Below are positions 1-12,096 of a DNA stretch of 64,000 nucleotides, one piece after another. Location: NCBI GenBank assembly GCA_951406725.2, contig OX597815.1, positions 172,608,001 through 172,672,000 of the forward strand, read 5' to 3'. This DNA comes from Octopus vulgaris. Taxonomy: Eukaryota. The notes beneath the pieces are model-generated. The model ran no database searches and was not told the DNA's origin. It worked only from the letters and a program-made list of their open reading frames with translations. The position numbers were made by a program, and so were the translations under genes. Each line of letters opens with the position of its first letter. Position 1 is the stretch's first letter.

Positions 1-894
1 AGTGTAATTTTAATTCCGTGAATTTTGGGAGATTTTTTTCCGAAATTTGTTCCTATTGTGTTTTCAAAATTTGTAATTCTGACAAAAAATGGATACGAAT
101 TTCATTATATCAAGCAGCGAGTCAGAATTCGAAGGATTTTCTACTGAAGACCTTCATAAATCTAACTCTATGACTGAAAAAAAAAAGCATGTGGTATTTG
201 ATAATGAATCTGATGTTTCATTTTCCGAAAGTGAAAACAGTGAATCTGAGATCTCCGATAGCGATAAAGAAAACGAATTGGCACCTGAATGGAGTGAAAA
301 TTTAAAAACTGTTTCTTTCGGTGATTTCTCTGAAGAAACTGGACCAAGCCACAGACTTTCCCAGAAGAGTAAAGCCTTAGACTATTTCTTTTTACTTTTT
401 CGAATGAGCCTATTTGAAATCATTACAGCGGAGACGAACCGTTACGCTAAACGTAAACAAAGCAAAAAAACGATAGTTTGTGGTTTCCCTCAACCTTAAA
501 TGAAATTAAGACTATTTTGCCGTAAATATTATTATGGGTATCAGAAAGTTACCCAGAATAACAAATTCTATCGTAAAATTTTGTTATATACCCAATTGAA
601 TATTAGCTAATAACCCATTTTCTATAGCGATGTTTGAACAAAATTTTAATAATTTTATATTTTGTGGAATTTACCTGTATCTACCTGCAATTAGAGTCAC
701 TTTGTAACAAAAATTATAGTATAGAATTGGTTGAGAATATTTCATTAAATTATCTTCCAAAAATCAGATTGATATATCGATAAATAAAAAAGTTATAGTT
801 GTTTAATGAAACCAGACTAAATTTATGATTACGTTAGAAATTAATTGAAACACATAAGGGGTGTAATTTGGTCAGAAATATAGTAACGAAAGGG
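1..894 (+). mobile_element. piggyBac-family DNA transposon remnant, internally deleted, left end outside window
   Basis: ORF 89-499 has an acidic N-terminus then PGBD-like 'ALDYFFLLF..LFEIITAETNRYA'. Right end ...GTAACGAAAGGG followed by TTAA (895-898). Colinear with the 15440-17333 copy but lacks its catalytic core. Confidence 0.9.
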
Positions 895-1067
895 TTAAAT
901 TGCTTATATTTCAATGTTTTTATTTTCTATTTCTATTTCTAGCTAACTGAATATCTCTGAAGACCTTTACCTGTATATTCTCTACATAAAAGCTACAATT
1001 AAACATAAACTTGAATTTGTTATTATTTCTTATCTTTTTGTTATTTTGGTGACGAATATTTAATTTT

Positions 1068-1250
1068 CGGTGAGCTGGCAGAAATGTTAGCATGTCGGGT
1101 GAAATGCTTAGCAGTATTTCATCTGTCTTTTTATTCTGAGTTCAAATTCTACCACAGTTGACTTTGCCTTTCATTCTGTTGGAGTCAATCTAATTGACTG
1201 TCCCCCCTCCCCCAAAATTTCAGGCCTTGTGCCTAGTGTAGAAAAGAATA
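1068..1250 (+). mobile_element. tRNA-derived SINE, family A (GGTGAGCTGGCAGAA...TTCTGAGTTCAAATTC...GACTTTGCCTTTCAT)
   Basis: Box A/B-like head. Same sequence recurs at ~2634, ~2852 (-), ~41620, ~42100-42550 (-), ~43060 (-), ~60080-60300 (-). Confidence 0.8.
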
Positions 1251-1523
1251 TTTAATTTTGTTGAGATTTCTTTTTAATACAAGAGGATAGATGAATAGTT
1301 ATATATGTGTGTCTATGAACATACATGAATGTTTCTTTCCACATATACAGTAGCTAAGTTGTTTGTTGGCTTCAGTGTAAGAAAGTCAAGCAAAATAAGG
1401 TACCTTACTTGCCAAATCGGTTAAAGATGGTGATGGGAAGGGTATCTTTATAGTAAAAAGATTACAATCTTCAACATTGATTCTTGAAATGCTAAGTATG
1501 TGGAATGTACTGAGAACCACAAA

Positions 1524-2105
1524 TTACAAGTTGGAAAGAATATGTTTCAGTGTTCCGACCTTTCTGCATTTGCATATATCATTCTCTGAGACATTCAATC
1601 TTACTAGATTTGCAGGTGATGGCAAAGCATCATAGGATGAACAAATCAGAAAACTTAGCCAAGATGTGGTCCACTTCCATATCTCATCCCAACTTATTTT
1701 CCTCTCAGCAACATGTTCCTCCCATCTCGTCATCTGTCCTTGTTGAATGCATTGGATTAAATGAAGCTCTCTTCTCTCTGCTTCCCTCGTTTAGACATTG
1801 TTGCTAACAACAGCTCTGTGTTCGCTCAGCATCATACTTGCAAATAGTCTGAACCAATTTGCGCCAAAACCAAGTCCCTTCTGATGAATTTGCATTGCAC
1901 CCACCATATCTCAGTGTGTAAGAGAAGACAGGAGGCCATCAGTTTCTGTTTCTGCTTTCCACTTCCTGGCTGTTTTCACATCTGGTTGATTATGCCTGAT
2001 TTCCATGTCTTTTGACTCTCTCAGCATCATCACTGGTCATACCTTCCCCAGTTTATATATTTTGACTGACACCAGTGGTAACTCCAACGAGCCTCTTTTA
2101 CGATA
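1524..2105 (-). mobile_element. Decayed non-LTR retrotransposon fragment, HERO/NeSL-like (post-RT region and zinc knuckle)
   Basis: Minus-strand translation with stops: 'LELPL..VMMLRESKD..VKTARKWKAE..H*DMVGA...GLGFG' and 'YDALPSPANL....CKCRKVGTLKHILS', matching motifs I recall from HERO-clade ORFs. Confidence 0.75.
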
Positions 2106-2633
2106 AAATCTTCAAAAATTTATGCAAGTTCCATGCTTAGCAGGGTTGTCTTAGATAATTTCCAATTAATGAAATTCATGTATTTGTATATTATTGAAGA
2201 TATATATGAAACCACCAAATTTGACTGTGGCTATGCTAGAGCACTGCTGTAGAGAACTTTAGTGAATTATACTGACCCAGTTATTTAGTCTGGTTCTCAA
2301 TACTCCATTTCCTTTGAATTACTAAATTTACCAAAATTACCTCCTATATATGAAATATCACACAAGCTCATTAATACTGGTACACACACACACGTTATAC
2401 AATTATCTTATGTCCAATTAATCGTCTAATAAATTTCACTCTGAAGGTAACCGATAGTTATGAGAAAAAAGAAAAACACTTGCCTAGAGTGCCATACAGT
2501 GGAATTGATACCAGAACCTTGTAGTTACCAAGCAAGCTTCTTAACCACAAGTCCATTCCTGCACTCATTAAAATTCAATCGTTGCAGTCTTGTCTTCCCT
2601 TTATAATTATTGCTATCATTGTTATTATTATTA

Positions 2634-3100
2634 AGGTGGCAAACTGGCAGAATCATTAGCACACCAGACAAAATTCTTAGTGTCACCTGCCTTTAAATTC
2701 TGAGTTCATATTTTGTTGAAGTCAACTTTGCCTTTTTTCCTTTCAGGATCAATAAAATAAGTACCATTTAAGTTGTAGGGTCAATGCAATTAGATTCCTC
2801 TTCTCTCAAAATTACTGGCCTTGTGCCAAATTAAGAAAGAATTATTGTTTCTAGTTCTGGCTCAAGGCCAGCAATTTTGAGTGTAGGTAAGTCGATGACA
2901 TTGATCCCAGTATTTGATTGGTACTTTCTTTTATCAACCCCGGAAAGAGGAAATGCAATGTTCACTTTGGTGAGATCAGCTTTGCTTTTCATTCTTTTGT
3001 GGTCAATAAGATAAAGAAACCAGTCAAGTACTGGGGTTGATGTAATCAACTTCCCCTCACCCCACAAATTACTGGCCTTGTGCTAAATTTAGAAAGAATT
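2634..3100. mobile_element. Cluster of three family-A SINE fragments (+, -, +)
   Basis: Repeated 'GGTCAATAA.ATAAGTACC..AGTACTGGGG..GATGTAATC..AAATTACTGGCCTTGTGC' and its reverse complement. Confidence 0.7.
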
Positions 3101-4049
3101 ATGATTGTTAGTAGACCACAGAACCACATCGGTTATAATTTTTAATTACATTCCTTTAAACTCTAAGTTCAAATCCTACTAGAGTTGACTTTGATTTCAT
3201 TTCCTCTGGATGTGGATAAAATGAATGAATATTCCTGTCTTCGTGATAGAGGATCAAGAGCAATAATCTCATCTTGTGCTGTATCTTTAAGACCTCTTGA
3301 GGATGAATAGTCAGCAGCCTTGAGTTATCTTCTGACCTGATTTACTATCAAGGTTGATTCTCATGGCCTTCATTTCTGTGCATGTACCCACAAACAGTAA
3401 GGGCTCATGCTCAGAGTTGTTCTTTTAGTCTGATTGCCCACTAATGTAGTTGTGGATAAAATAAACACCAAAAAAAGCACCCACACACTCTGTAGAGTGG
3501 TTGGCATTAGGAAGAGCATCAAGCCATGGAAACCATGCCAGGAAAAATGGAGCTTAGTCAGCTCCTGCCAAACCATCCAAGCCATGAAAAACAGATGTTA
3601 AATGATGATGATGAAAGTACTGGAAACAATGAAATCAACTGTACCCTACACCAAAGTTATTTGAAATTATTGTTTCCTCTTAACACAGGTTCATTATGGA
3701 AACCATCTGTTTAAATAACCAGCAATATTTGGTTAAATTCGTTTCTGTTTGAGAGCAGACTTCATCATTAATATTTCTTACTCTGAAACTATTTTGTTTT
3801 CAATTTCATGTCTTCTCTACATGATTGTATGTGTGTATCAAGTTAAACGGAATGTGTAAGAAGTGAAACTGTTTCACTGAAGATGCTCCAAATGCAAAAC
3901 TGTTAGATGTAGTTTCAAAAGTGTACAAGTGCCCTTCAGATGATATTGTCTATATTCTTTTCAACAGATGTTAATCAGCTTCTATTAGTTCCAAACAAAG
4001 GAGTATACATACTTCAAGCAACAGGTTCTGATTTCCAAAAGTATGAACT

Positions 4050-4445
4050 CTCTTTTACTCTCTTTTCTTTTACATGTTTCAGTCATTTGACTGCGGCCAT
4101 GCTGGAGCACTGCCTTTAGTCGAGCAAATCGACCCCAGGACTTATTCTTTGTAAGCCCAGTACTTATTCTATTGGTCTTTTTTGCCGAACTGCTAAGTTA
4201 CGGGGACGTAAACACACCAACATCGGTTGTCAAGCGATGTTGGTGGGGACAAACACAGACATACAACCACACACACATATATGACGGGCTTCTTTCAATT
4301 TCCGTCTACCAAATCCACTCACAAGGCTTTGGTCGGCCCGAGGCTATAGTAGAAGACACTTGCCCAAGGTGCCACGCAGTGGGACTGAACCCGGAACCAT
4401 GTGGTTGGTAAGCAAGCTACTTACCACACAGCCACTCCTGTGCCT
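4050..4445 (-). mobile_element. tRNA-derived SINE, family B (CORE-SINE-like), near full length
   Basis: Reverse complement reads GGCACAGGAGTGGCTGTGTGGTAAG...GGTTCAGTCCCACTGCGTGGCACCTTGGGCAAGTGTC. Other copies at ~9815 (-), 12097 (+), ~19825 (-), ~45110 (-), ~45615 (+). Confidence 0.85.
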
Positions 4446-4495
4446 TTTATTTGACTGATCCCTGCTAATCTATTCTCAAAAAAATTATTCCTAAC

Positions 4496-4636
4496 TTTTA
4501 ACTGTGCTAAGGTGTTAAGAAATCTGATACTGTCTTGATTTTCAAAATGAGACATTAACTCTTTTATCATCTCTGAATATTGTTTGCCAAACTTTATCAA
4601 ATAGATGGTTAGCACTTTGTACAGCAATGCAGTTTT
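4496..4636 (-). CDS. Candidate exon of an unidentified divergent gene (KTALLYKVLTIYLIKFGKQYSEMIKELMSHFENQDSIRFLNTLAQLK)
   Basis: 141 nt, open, phase 0-0, bounded by tttcag and gttagg. Amphipathic helical pattern. No homology search possible. Confidence 0.3.
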
Positions 4637-5303
4637 CTGAAACTGTTCTTAGATATGAATATAAAATAAATTTGATGTAACATAATTGTTTTATTATCAT
4701 CGTTAAATTTCTCTGAGAATAATGGAAATAGCTTTCAATATTCACATTTATAGGAAGAATGCTCAAGGACTTTTATTAATCTAAAAAATGGTTCAAGTAA
4801 TTCAAGCAAGCATTCAAATTTGTAAAATCATCCAATTCTTGTTAGCATGCAGAAATAGATGTTAAAGCACTTTTTTCGTTTTTCCTATTTATGCTTGATT
4901 AAGTGTACCTTTTTTTCCTTCAAACAATTATTCTGAACTGTCAAAAAGGATCTGATATGAAGATTTTGCAGCTATTTCTAGCAGGTCAGATAACCATATA
5001 GAGTCTCCCTCATTGGCTTGACATAAAAGTACAATGCAACAATGATGGCAAGGACAAACCCTGTTCCTCTAAACACAATTGTTAATGAACCCTACTGAAT
5101 GCATTTACTTATCTTTCTACCATTACCTCCATTTTTTTTTTCTTGAATGACTTAGTTTGAAAAGGAAAAGTAGCATGCATACAACATTTTTTTGTAACTC
5201 CAAGATTGATAAGAATAAGATATCCTCAAGTCAGAGACTTGATCCAAACACTTGTAAAAGAATGGTTTCTGTTAAAGCATTAAACCAGGTTGTAAAAACT
5301 TAC

Positions 5304-5430
5304 ACTTCCTTTTTCCGAGCTGAGATTCAAAAGCGAATCTAAGGATTCTTGCTAGCCTGATCCACTGCTGGCTAAACAGGCATGAAAGAAATTTCTTTAT
5401 CCTGTCAAAAAGTGATGGATGGATTTCCAT
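5304..5430 (-). CDS. Candidate first coding exon of an unidentified divergent gene (MEIHPSLFDRIKKFLSCLFSQQWIRLARILRF...)
   Basis: ATG at 5430 with an upstream in-frame stop, consensus donor GTAAGT at 5303-5298. 'WIRLARIL' resembles the death-domain WxxLARxL motif. Confidence 0.3.
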
Positions 5431-6096
5431 TTGACCTACAACCTGAACTGTGTTATTTAAGGTTCAAGTGGACAGGAGGTGACCTATATAAGTAGTATGT
5501 CTTTCTAGTTGTTATGACCATTATAAATACAGCAATCCGTCAAGGAATGGCAGATAGCCATCTCCAGGCAAACTCCCAAGAGACAAGCAGACAGCCAGCA
5601 AGTAACTTGCACCAGTCAAGCAGCCAATAAAGAACCACTTATTCAACATGAATGACCCAACACAGTAGCAGTCACAGAACATAAACAGATACCACCGAAT
5701 GACCAACACACACACCGACACAAAACATGCCCGGTTCTACCTCATGACATCGACACTGTCAAACCCTATCCTCCAACGGAAAACAGTGAAAATGCTACAG
5801 AAATTACTTGTTCCCTTCCAAATGAATTAATAGAAACCATAAACGATTAGGAGAGAAATTAAATTCAATAGTACTGAATACGTAGAAAATCAACAATGTC
5901 TGTGCAGACGTTGTCAGAACAAGAATATTATACTGATTTAACTATGAAACTATTGAAAATGACTGTTTGTAGTTATTTTGAAACAAAATCTAATATTTCA
6001 CGGCAACGTTTCTTGTTTATACAAGCAATGAGCTGATGGTAGAGGGAGGTGTCATGAAAACAGTTTGATCCCTCGAATATGTGTGTAGAAAGAAAA

Positions 6097-6454
6097 GCCA
6101 CACCTATACAAGTGTTTCCCCCTGATTTTGTTTCCTCATAACTTTCAGAAAATGGATATTTTCTAATGAAATTTTCCACAAATATTTTCAGATGGTGTAG
6201 ATTACAATTACGTCGGAATTGAATGTAGAAAAAAATTGGTGGGCATGCACACATACATACTGACACATATCATATATATTTACAAAATGAAACTTGAAAT
6301 TTTGAAAATTGTGATGAGTGTGCAACCACCAGTTCCCCACCACCACATTAAATTTCGAAAGGTATTTGTCGAAAATTTCATTTAAAAATATCCATTTTTC
6401 TGAAAGTTATGAGGAAACAAATTCAGGAAGGCGACACACTTGTATAGGTATGAC
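6097..6454. mobile_element. MITE with ~90-bp terminal inverted repeats
   Basis: Left GCCACACCTATACAAGTGT...CTCATAACTTTCAGAAAATGGATATT mirrors right ...ACACTTGTATAGGTATGAC. Flanks AAAGAAAA / AAACAAAA look like an 8-bp target duplication with one mismatch. Confidence 0.85.
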
Positions 6455-6479
6455 AAACAAAATTTACTGATGCATGTCA

Positions 6480-6646
6480 TGTGTGTTTGAGCAAACTTGT
6501 GACAATGAATAAATGCACTTCCGTTAGTTATTAGTTCCCTTGTGCGTAGAGCTCTCTTCTAAAACTATTACCATTATCAAACTCGCACCTACCGAAATCG
6601 AAGTCACATTAACGTTGTGTAGTCAGTATCCCTCTTATAATTTACA
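6480..6646 (+). promoter_or_regulatory. Putative CACYBP core promoter / 5'UTR with ETS-type motif
   Basis: Immediately upstream of the ATG at 6647. CACTTCCG (reverse CGGAAGTG) at 6516-6523. Locally more CpG than flanking DNA. Confidence 0.45.
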
Positions 6647-6667
6647 ATGTCGAGAAAACTAGAAGAT
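6647..6667 (+). CDS. CACYBP: Calcyclin-binding protein / Siah-interacting protein, exon 1 (MSRKLED)
   Basis: ACAATG start, 7 codons, donor GTAAGT, phase 0 matches exon 2 to give MSRKLEDVQKDVEEM, like human MASEELQKDLEEV. Confidence 0.8.
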
Positions 6668-9600
6668 GTAAGTAGAGAAATGATTTCACCAGTTTGCTTT
6701 TACATATTTAAGATTTTTAAAAAAATTCTGACTTTGTATTTATATTCTGTTAATGCTTGAATATCTCATAAAATACTGAATCTCGTTCAAATTTCCTGAT
6801 ACACTTAGGTTTACTTTCATTTTTGTATGATTTTATCATCGTCTCACGTTAGTCTATTTATATTAGTTGTTTAATAAAATAATTGATTCTTTTGTGGTAT
6901 TTTGTTACAAAAAAAATTTACAGCTAATTCATTAGGTGTTTAACTGTTCTTGGGATGTTTTCACCCGTAATTTTGTTTTCTTGTTTCATTCTCTAGAAAG
7001 ATCTACAGAAACAATTCGTACACGCACACACCTAACACGAGTTTATTTCCTACACTTATTACATCGTGATATGAATTTTTCTTTTATTAAAATTTTAAAA
7101 AGAAGTGTCAATGCTCTGTGTAAAATTCACTATGTTCATATATGCTTAAGAGCTAGTGATGGCTTGTATGAATAAAACAGTTTGTGAACCCCGAAAGGGG
7201 TTCTGTTGCTAGAATAAAATGACTTGTGTGTAACAAGGGATCTGACAGATTGAAAATAAATTATGAATGTGACAAAGTAAAACTTAACATTGATATTCAT
7301 TGCCTTGATAGTTTTACCAAATTCTAGAATATATTGCAGTCACTTGATCGATACGCAGGCTTTACTGCTTTCAAGTGAGATGTTTGGTTTGTAACTCACT
7401 ATTTCTTCGATTTATCCCAAGAAACAAAAATGCTTCTTGAAAGGTTTTACCACTCTTTTGACCGCCATCACTCTTTTCGTTGCAATTTTTAATCTGATGG
7501 CAACAGCATTTGATGTTCATACATTGGAAAGGGTCGCGTTTTTAATGGAATTTAGTTATCCTCTGAAAATGATTTATTCTTTCTTTGTATGAATAGTAAA
7601 AGAAAAACTGTTTAATCATTGTATGACAAGGAAGTCCACCTGAAAACAATTGTTATAGAGAGATATTAAACACAAATTTTTACTAGGTATAAAATATTTA
7701 TTTCAAGGTAAAATAATTAACGCTGGGTGTGAGTTTTTTATCGTGCAAGGAGCGTTTTTTTCGGACCTTAAGCATTGACACGTAGAAAGTGAAATTAAAA
7801 TGCAAATTTCTTGGAAATAAACGAAGAACTATAATACTTTCATTATTCAATAATTTATCCACATAGCTACACTAATTAGCTACACTCATGTATGAACATA
7901 CTGAACTTTTATTTTCAATACCAGTATAACGACGACAATTTTTAAATTATGAAATTTGTTGTGAACTGTACACGTTTTTATCTCTTTGTGGACAGGAAAA
8001 TATTTTGTTTTACTCGTCAGATCTGAAAAATATTGTCTGTGTTTTGATTTCCCCTCATCGGATTTGTCCGAGAACAGGTACTCTAATTTTCTGTCTCGAG
8101 AGATTGATAGCTGTTTATATCAAATACACACAAGACATAACATTTACATTTCTGAAATGTAAAATATATAAAGCAAAACATAGTCTTTGATATGGCAAAT
8201 ATTTCTTGGCGTATATATGCATAGCGTTGCTTATATATACTGATAAATATTCAAAATACTTAAAGGCATTTCTACTAGCTCCTTACATTGTGAGTTCACA
8301 TTCCGCCGAGGTCAACTTTGCCTTATCTCCTTTTGAGGTTGATAAAATCAATTTATGCCTAAATTTGAAACAATCATTATTTTACTGAAGTGGAAATTTA
8401 AAAAAATTTTTTTTTTTTAATGAGAAGTAGCAGTCAAATGTCAATGGTTTCTAATAACGCTACCACGAATGAATTCTGTAAAAAAATTCTGTTTAGAATT
8501 TTTAATCATTATAAAAATGATCGAAATAAGGAGTGGGGAATAATAATAATCAATGACAAAAAATTCGTAACTATTAAAATAGTTATTAAACCCAGAAAAT
8601 TACCATAATAAAAGGAGCCTGTCTGTATAATTAATAAAATTAGCAGTTTCGAAAGTTCGACATTTTCTTTGGATTTTTGTTTTAAACATTGAAGATAATG
8701 ATTTTGTACTTTTTCTTCTAAAGTTAAACATTTTAGAAGCAAAAAAATAAAGATACGTATATTTTCATGCAATCTGAACAATGTATTAGTCTGCTCTTTT
8801 TTGATTAAAAAAAAATGGCTTCAAATCCAGAAATAGGAAATACCTTTTCTAAAGTGAAAGAAATGAAAGTGAAACAAGGCCTAGCTTTTCTCCGAATTCT
8901 AAAAGAAAATTATTATGAGGATAGTCATGTCTTATTCAGTATTTGAATACCAGATATAGTAATGCAAACAGGTAAACTAGAACTCAAAATATGAGTATAT
9001 GTATATTTTTATTAATATCTAGCAGAAACAACAGAGTAACTCAAGGGTCAAGAGTTTCATGCGTTGGCACTTGAAATACATTATTCAACGTCGGGAGAAA
9101 TTTGGACTATCGTTTCTTTAAAAAGACAAAAGTAGCATCAGGTTATGAATTATTCAGTAATTTACATTCTTGGAAGACCAGTTTCAAAATCGCTGTTAAG
9201 CATTACCTGACCTGTTGCTTCCAAAATGAGACCTGCTTTACTCTTCCCATCAAAATCACTCGGTACTATGCTTTCATCCTTCAATTGTTTTGACTCTCAT
9301 CACCTCAGCTCTTCCTCCCCTTTTGGCTCTGTTACTAGAAAGTGATATACTAATCCAGGTTCCACAAAAACAGCATTGCATCTCTATGGACACACTTTAG
9401 ACATTTTTTTAATCTTTAAGTATTTTACTTTAAATCTGTGGTTCCCAATTTTTTCACTTTTTAGGACCTCTTATATTGAAACAGATTGTCATGTGGACCC
9501 CCAGGTTTTTGAAAAATCTAACAATCTCATTTTATTAATTAATAAGAGGCTTGTTTTCCTAGTTTAATCTCAATTGAAAGATGTAATTAAATAAATGGCA

Positions 9601-9814
9601 ATAATCAAGCACTTGTTTAAGGGAGTAGTTGGTGCTGCTTTGTGGATGTCTAGTGCAATGGTTGTCAGTTTTAAGCAGAGATCAGGTTCTACATTCATCC
9701 TCTTTCTGTATTTGGATTTTATGTTAAATATCTGAAAGAAAACTTGCTCATATAAATATTGGGAATAGCATTAAATATTTCATTACTTTGGATACCAATT
9801 CCAGGTACTCATAT

Positions 9815-10177
9815 CTTTTACTTTTGTTTTAGTCATTGGTCTACAGCTATGCTAGGGCACTGCCTTCAAGGTTTTAGTCAAACAAATCAACCCCATTACT
9901 TATTTAAGCCTGGTTCTTATTCTATTGGTCTCTTTTGTGAAACTGTCAAGTTACAAGGGTGTAAACAAACCAACACTGGTTGTCAAAGACGCACACATGT
10001 ATGTACATATATGACAGGCATCTTTCAGTTTCCATCAACCAAATCCACTCACAAGGTTTAGGTCAGCCCAGGGCTATAGTAGAAGACACATGCCCAAAGT
10101 GTCATGCAGTGAATCTGAACTCAAAGCCACATGATTGTGAAGCAAGGTTCTTAACCACTCAGCCATACCTGTGCCTA
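9815..10177 (-). mobile_element. SINE family B copy in CACYBP intron 1
   Basis: Colinear with 4050-4445. Confidence 0.8.
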
Positions 10178-10278
10178 AAAGTGTAACCAAATATCTGCTA
10201 AGTCATACTAAATGAAACTTGATCTAAATGAAATGACAGAACTTGAGTTGAAGTAAAATATTTTACATTTATATGAAA

Positions 10279-11182
10279 CTAGCTGATGTACCCGATAATT
10301 CCTGGGAAAGCGGGGCATATCTCTTGGTTCTGTTCTTATAATTGTTTTACTAATCCAGTAATAACAATTCAAAGTATGTAGCCCTTAAAACGATTTTTGT
10401 GCCTTTATTGAGAATACTGAACTGCCTTACACAGTAACTTGTTTTTAGGAATTCCCAATAAGTTATGAATACCCAAATTGTGAAGTCAGTTATGTAATAA
10501 CATGAAATTAATTACCCGATAGTAAGAATTCAAATAAAGTAACCCCGAAAAGGGCTTTAATATGTTCCCAGAGTATTTAGAACTTAGGAGGAAATACTAA
10601 TAAGATATGTATACTAAAATCATGAAGCATGTTAAGTAATAAGAGTCTAATCAGATATGAGATAATAACAATTCAAAGTAAATAACTCTGAAAAATGTTT
10701 TTGTGTGTTTGCAGAGAATATTACCCTCAGCAGCGCTAGTGTTGGTATATTCGTGAATAAGTCACTAACCGAAATAAGTGGATCTATTGTTTAGGAAAAT
10801 ACTATTTATTTGTTTGAGTGTTGTACTGGATAAATTGCGAAAATAGTTCAAATACTAAGAAATAAGCATACTCAATTTGATTTATACGAAACAATTTACG
10901 AAGATGAATGGGTTATTTCCCTTGGCTATATATAAGGATCCCTTTCACGAGTGAATGGGTTATTTCCCTTGCATGTTTAAAAATAATATATTTGCTATAT
11001 GTAGTAGATATAAGCACCCCTTATATCGATCTTTTTTCAACAATCTAAGTATGTCACTAGTTTTCCAGACATGAGTTCTACTCACGTATCAAGTTTCATC
11101 AAAATTGATAAAACCATGTAAGAGGAGTTAAATAACAACACCACAAACAAACATACCCACAGATTTCTACATATGTAGTAGA
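10279..11182 (-). mobile_element. Non-autonomous Helitron-like element
   Basis: Minus strand starts TCTACTACATAT at 11182 and ends with an imperfect CCC...GGG hairpin followed by CTAG at 10282-10279. Inserted between A and T, no target duplication. Confidence 0.7.
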
Positions 11183-11246
11183 TTAATCACTAATCCAATT
11201 GTTATTGGTCTCTGGAAGAAGAAAAAACCCCTATGCTGCTCTTCAA

Positions 11247-11440
11247 TCCTTTAGCATTCAGACCCATGCTAGCATGGAAGGCGGATGTTAAATGATGATG
11301 AAGATGATTTCTTTGTCAAGATTTCAATTGTGTGTATATTTTTGGCGTGACATTGTAGAGTAAGTGTAAGAGATTGGATCTGGTCAGTTTGAACATAAAA
11401 CAGGTAGAATATTTAGGCCAGATTAAATGCTATAGAGTTA
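11247..11440 (+). mobile_element. Decayed TTAA-type (piggyBac-like) MITE, family CCCTTTAGCATT
   Basis: Shares GGTCAGTTTGAACATAAAACAGGTAGAATATTT with copies at ~11590 (-), ~49580 and ~53935. Confidence 0.65.
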
Positions 11441-11587
11441 GGCCTTGCCAGTGCCAAATGTAAAAGTTTCTCATTTCATTGGACGTTGCAAGAAAGTCTC
11501 AGAGTGTCAAGAAACAATTCAAACACACTGTAACTGTTCAGAACACGAGTTTATTTCTATAATCATGGTTTCCATTTCAACTTTATC

Positions 11588-11799
11588 TCTTCAGCATTTA
11601 ATCTGGCCATATCCAGCCCAAATATTCTACCTGTTTTATGTTAAAACTGACCTCTCATAGCTACCTTACAATGTCATTCTAAAAATATACAAACATACCA
11701 TTAAAATCTTGAAGTTACAAGATGATGTGTGATTAATTCAAAACAATGTGAATAAATAAGCAATATACTTGGCAAGGAAATCTGAATGCTAAAGGGATA
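11588..11799 (-). mobile_element. Same MITE family, inverted copy
   Basis: Reverse complement of the 49580-49807 copy, ending ...GAATGCTAAAGGGATAA. Confidence 0.7.
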
Positions 11800-12096
11800 A
11801 AAATTGTTATGGATCTCCCTTTTATGCTCAAATTTAGATCATTCAAATACATTAAAAAAATGCCAGATATATATTTTACTAAAGCTAGTCATTAAAAGCT
11901 ACTCGAAACACTCACTTCCATGGAATGATCTTTTATCGAAAAATAATCTCATTTCATTACATAACTTGAATATACAGGCAAGTACTTACTGTGACATAGC
12001 CAGTGCACTAGGAACGCAAGAGCAGTTGGTTGTAGGTACTGCCCATCTCACAAAGTGGAATGAAAAATCACTAAGACTACAAGAATTTAACAAATA

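Noticed and set aside
1408-1510. Minus-strand exon with GTAAGG donor
   Set aside because: Overlaps decayed retroelement sequence and does not fit the phase of the candidate chain.
3863-3920. Hammerhead-like CTGAAGA-TGC..GCA-AAAC next to the palindrome AGTGAAAC-T-GTTTCACT
   Set aside because: GAAA box is broken and I could not build stems I and III with a valid cleavage triplet.
5520-5900. CA-rich stretch as a coding exon or Penelope fragment
   Set aside because: Stops in the frames examined, no splice pattern and no recognisable motif.
8816-8950. ATGGCTTCAAATCCA (MASNPE...) as CACYBP exon 1
   Set aside because: Only weak GTGAAA donors. The 6647-6667 exon has a consensus donor, the right phase and better similarity.
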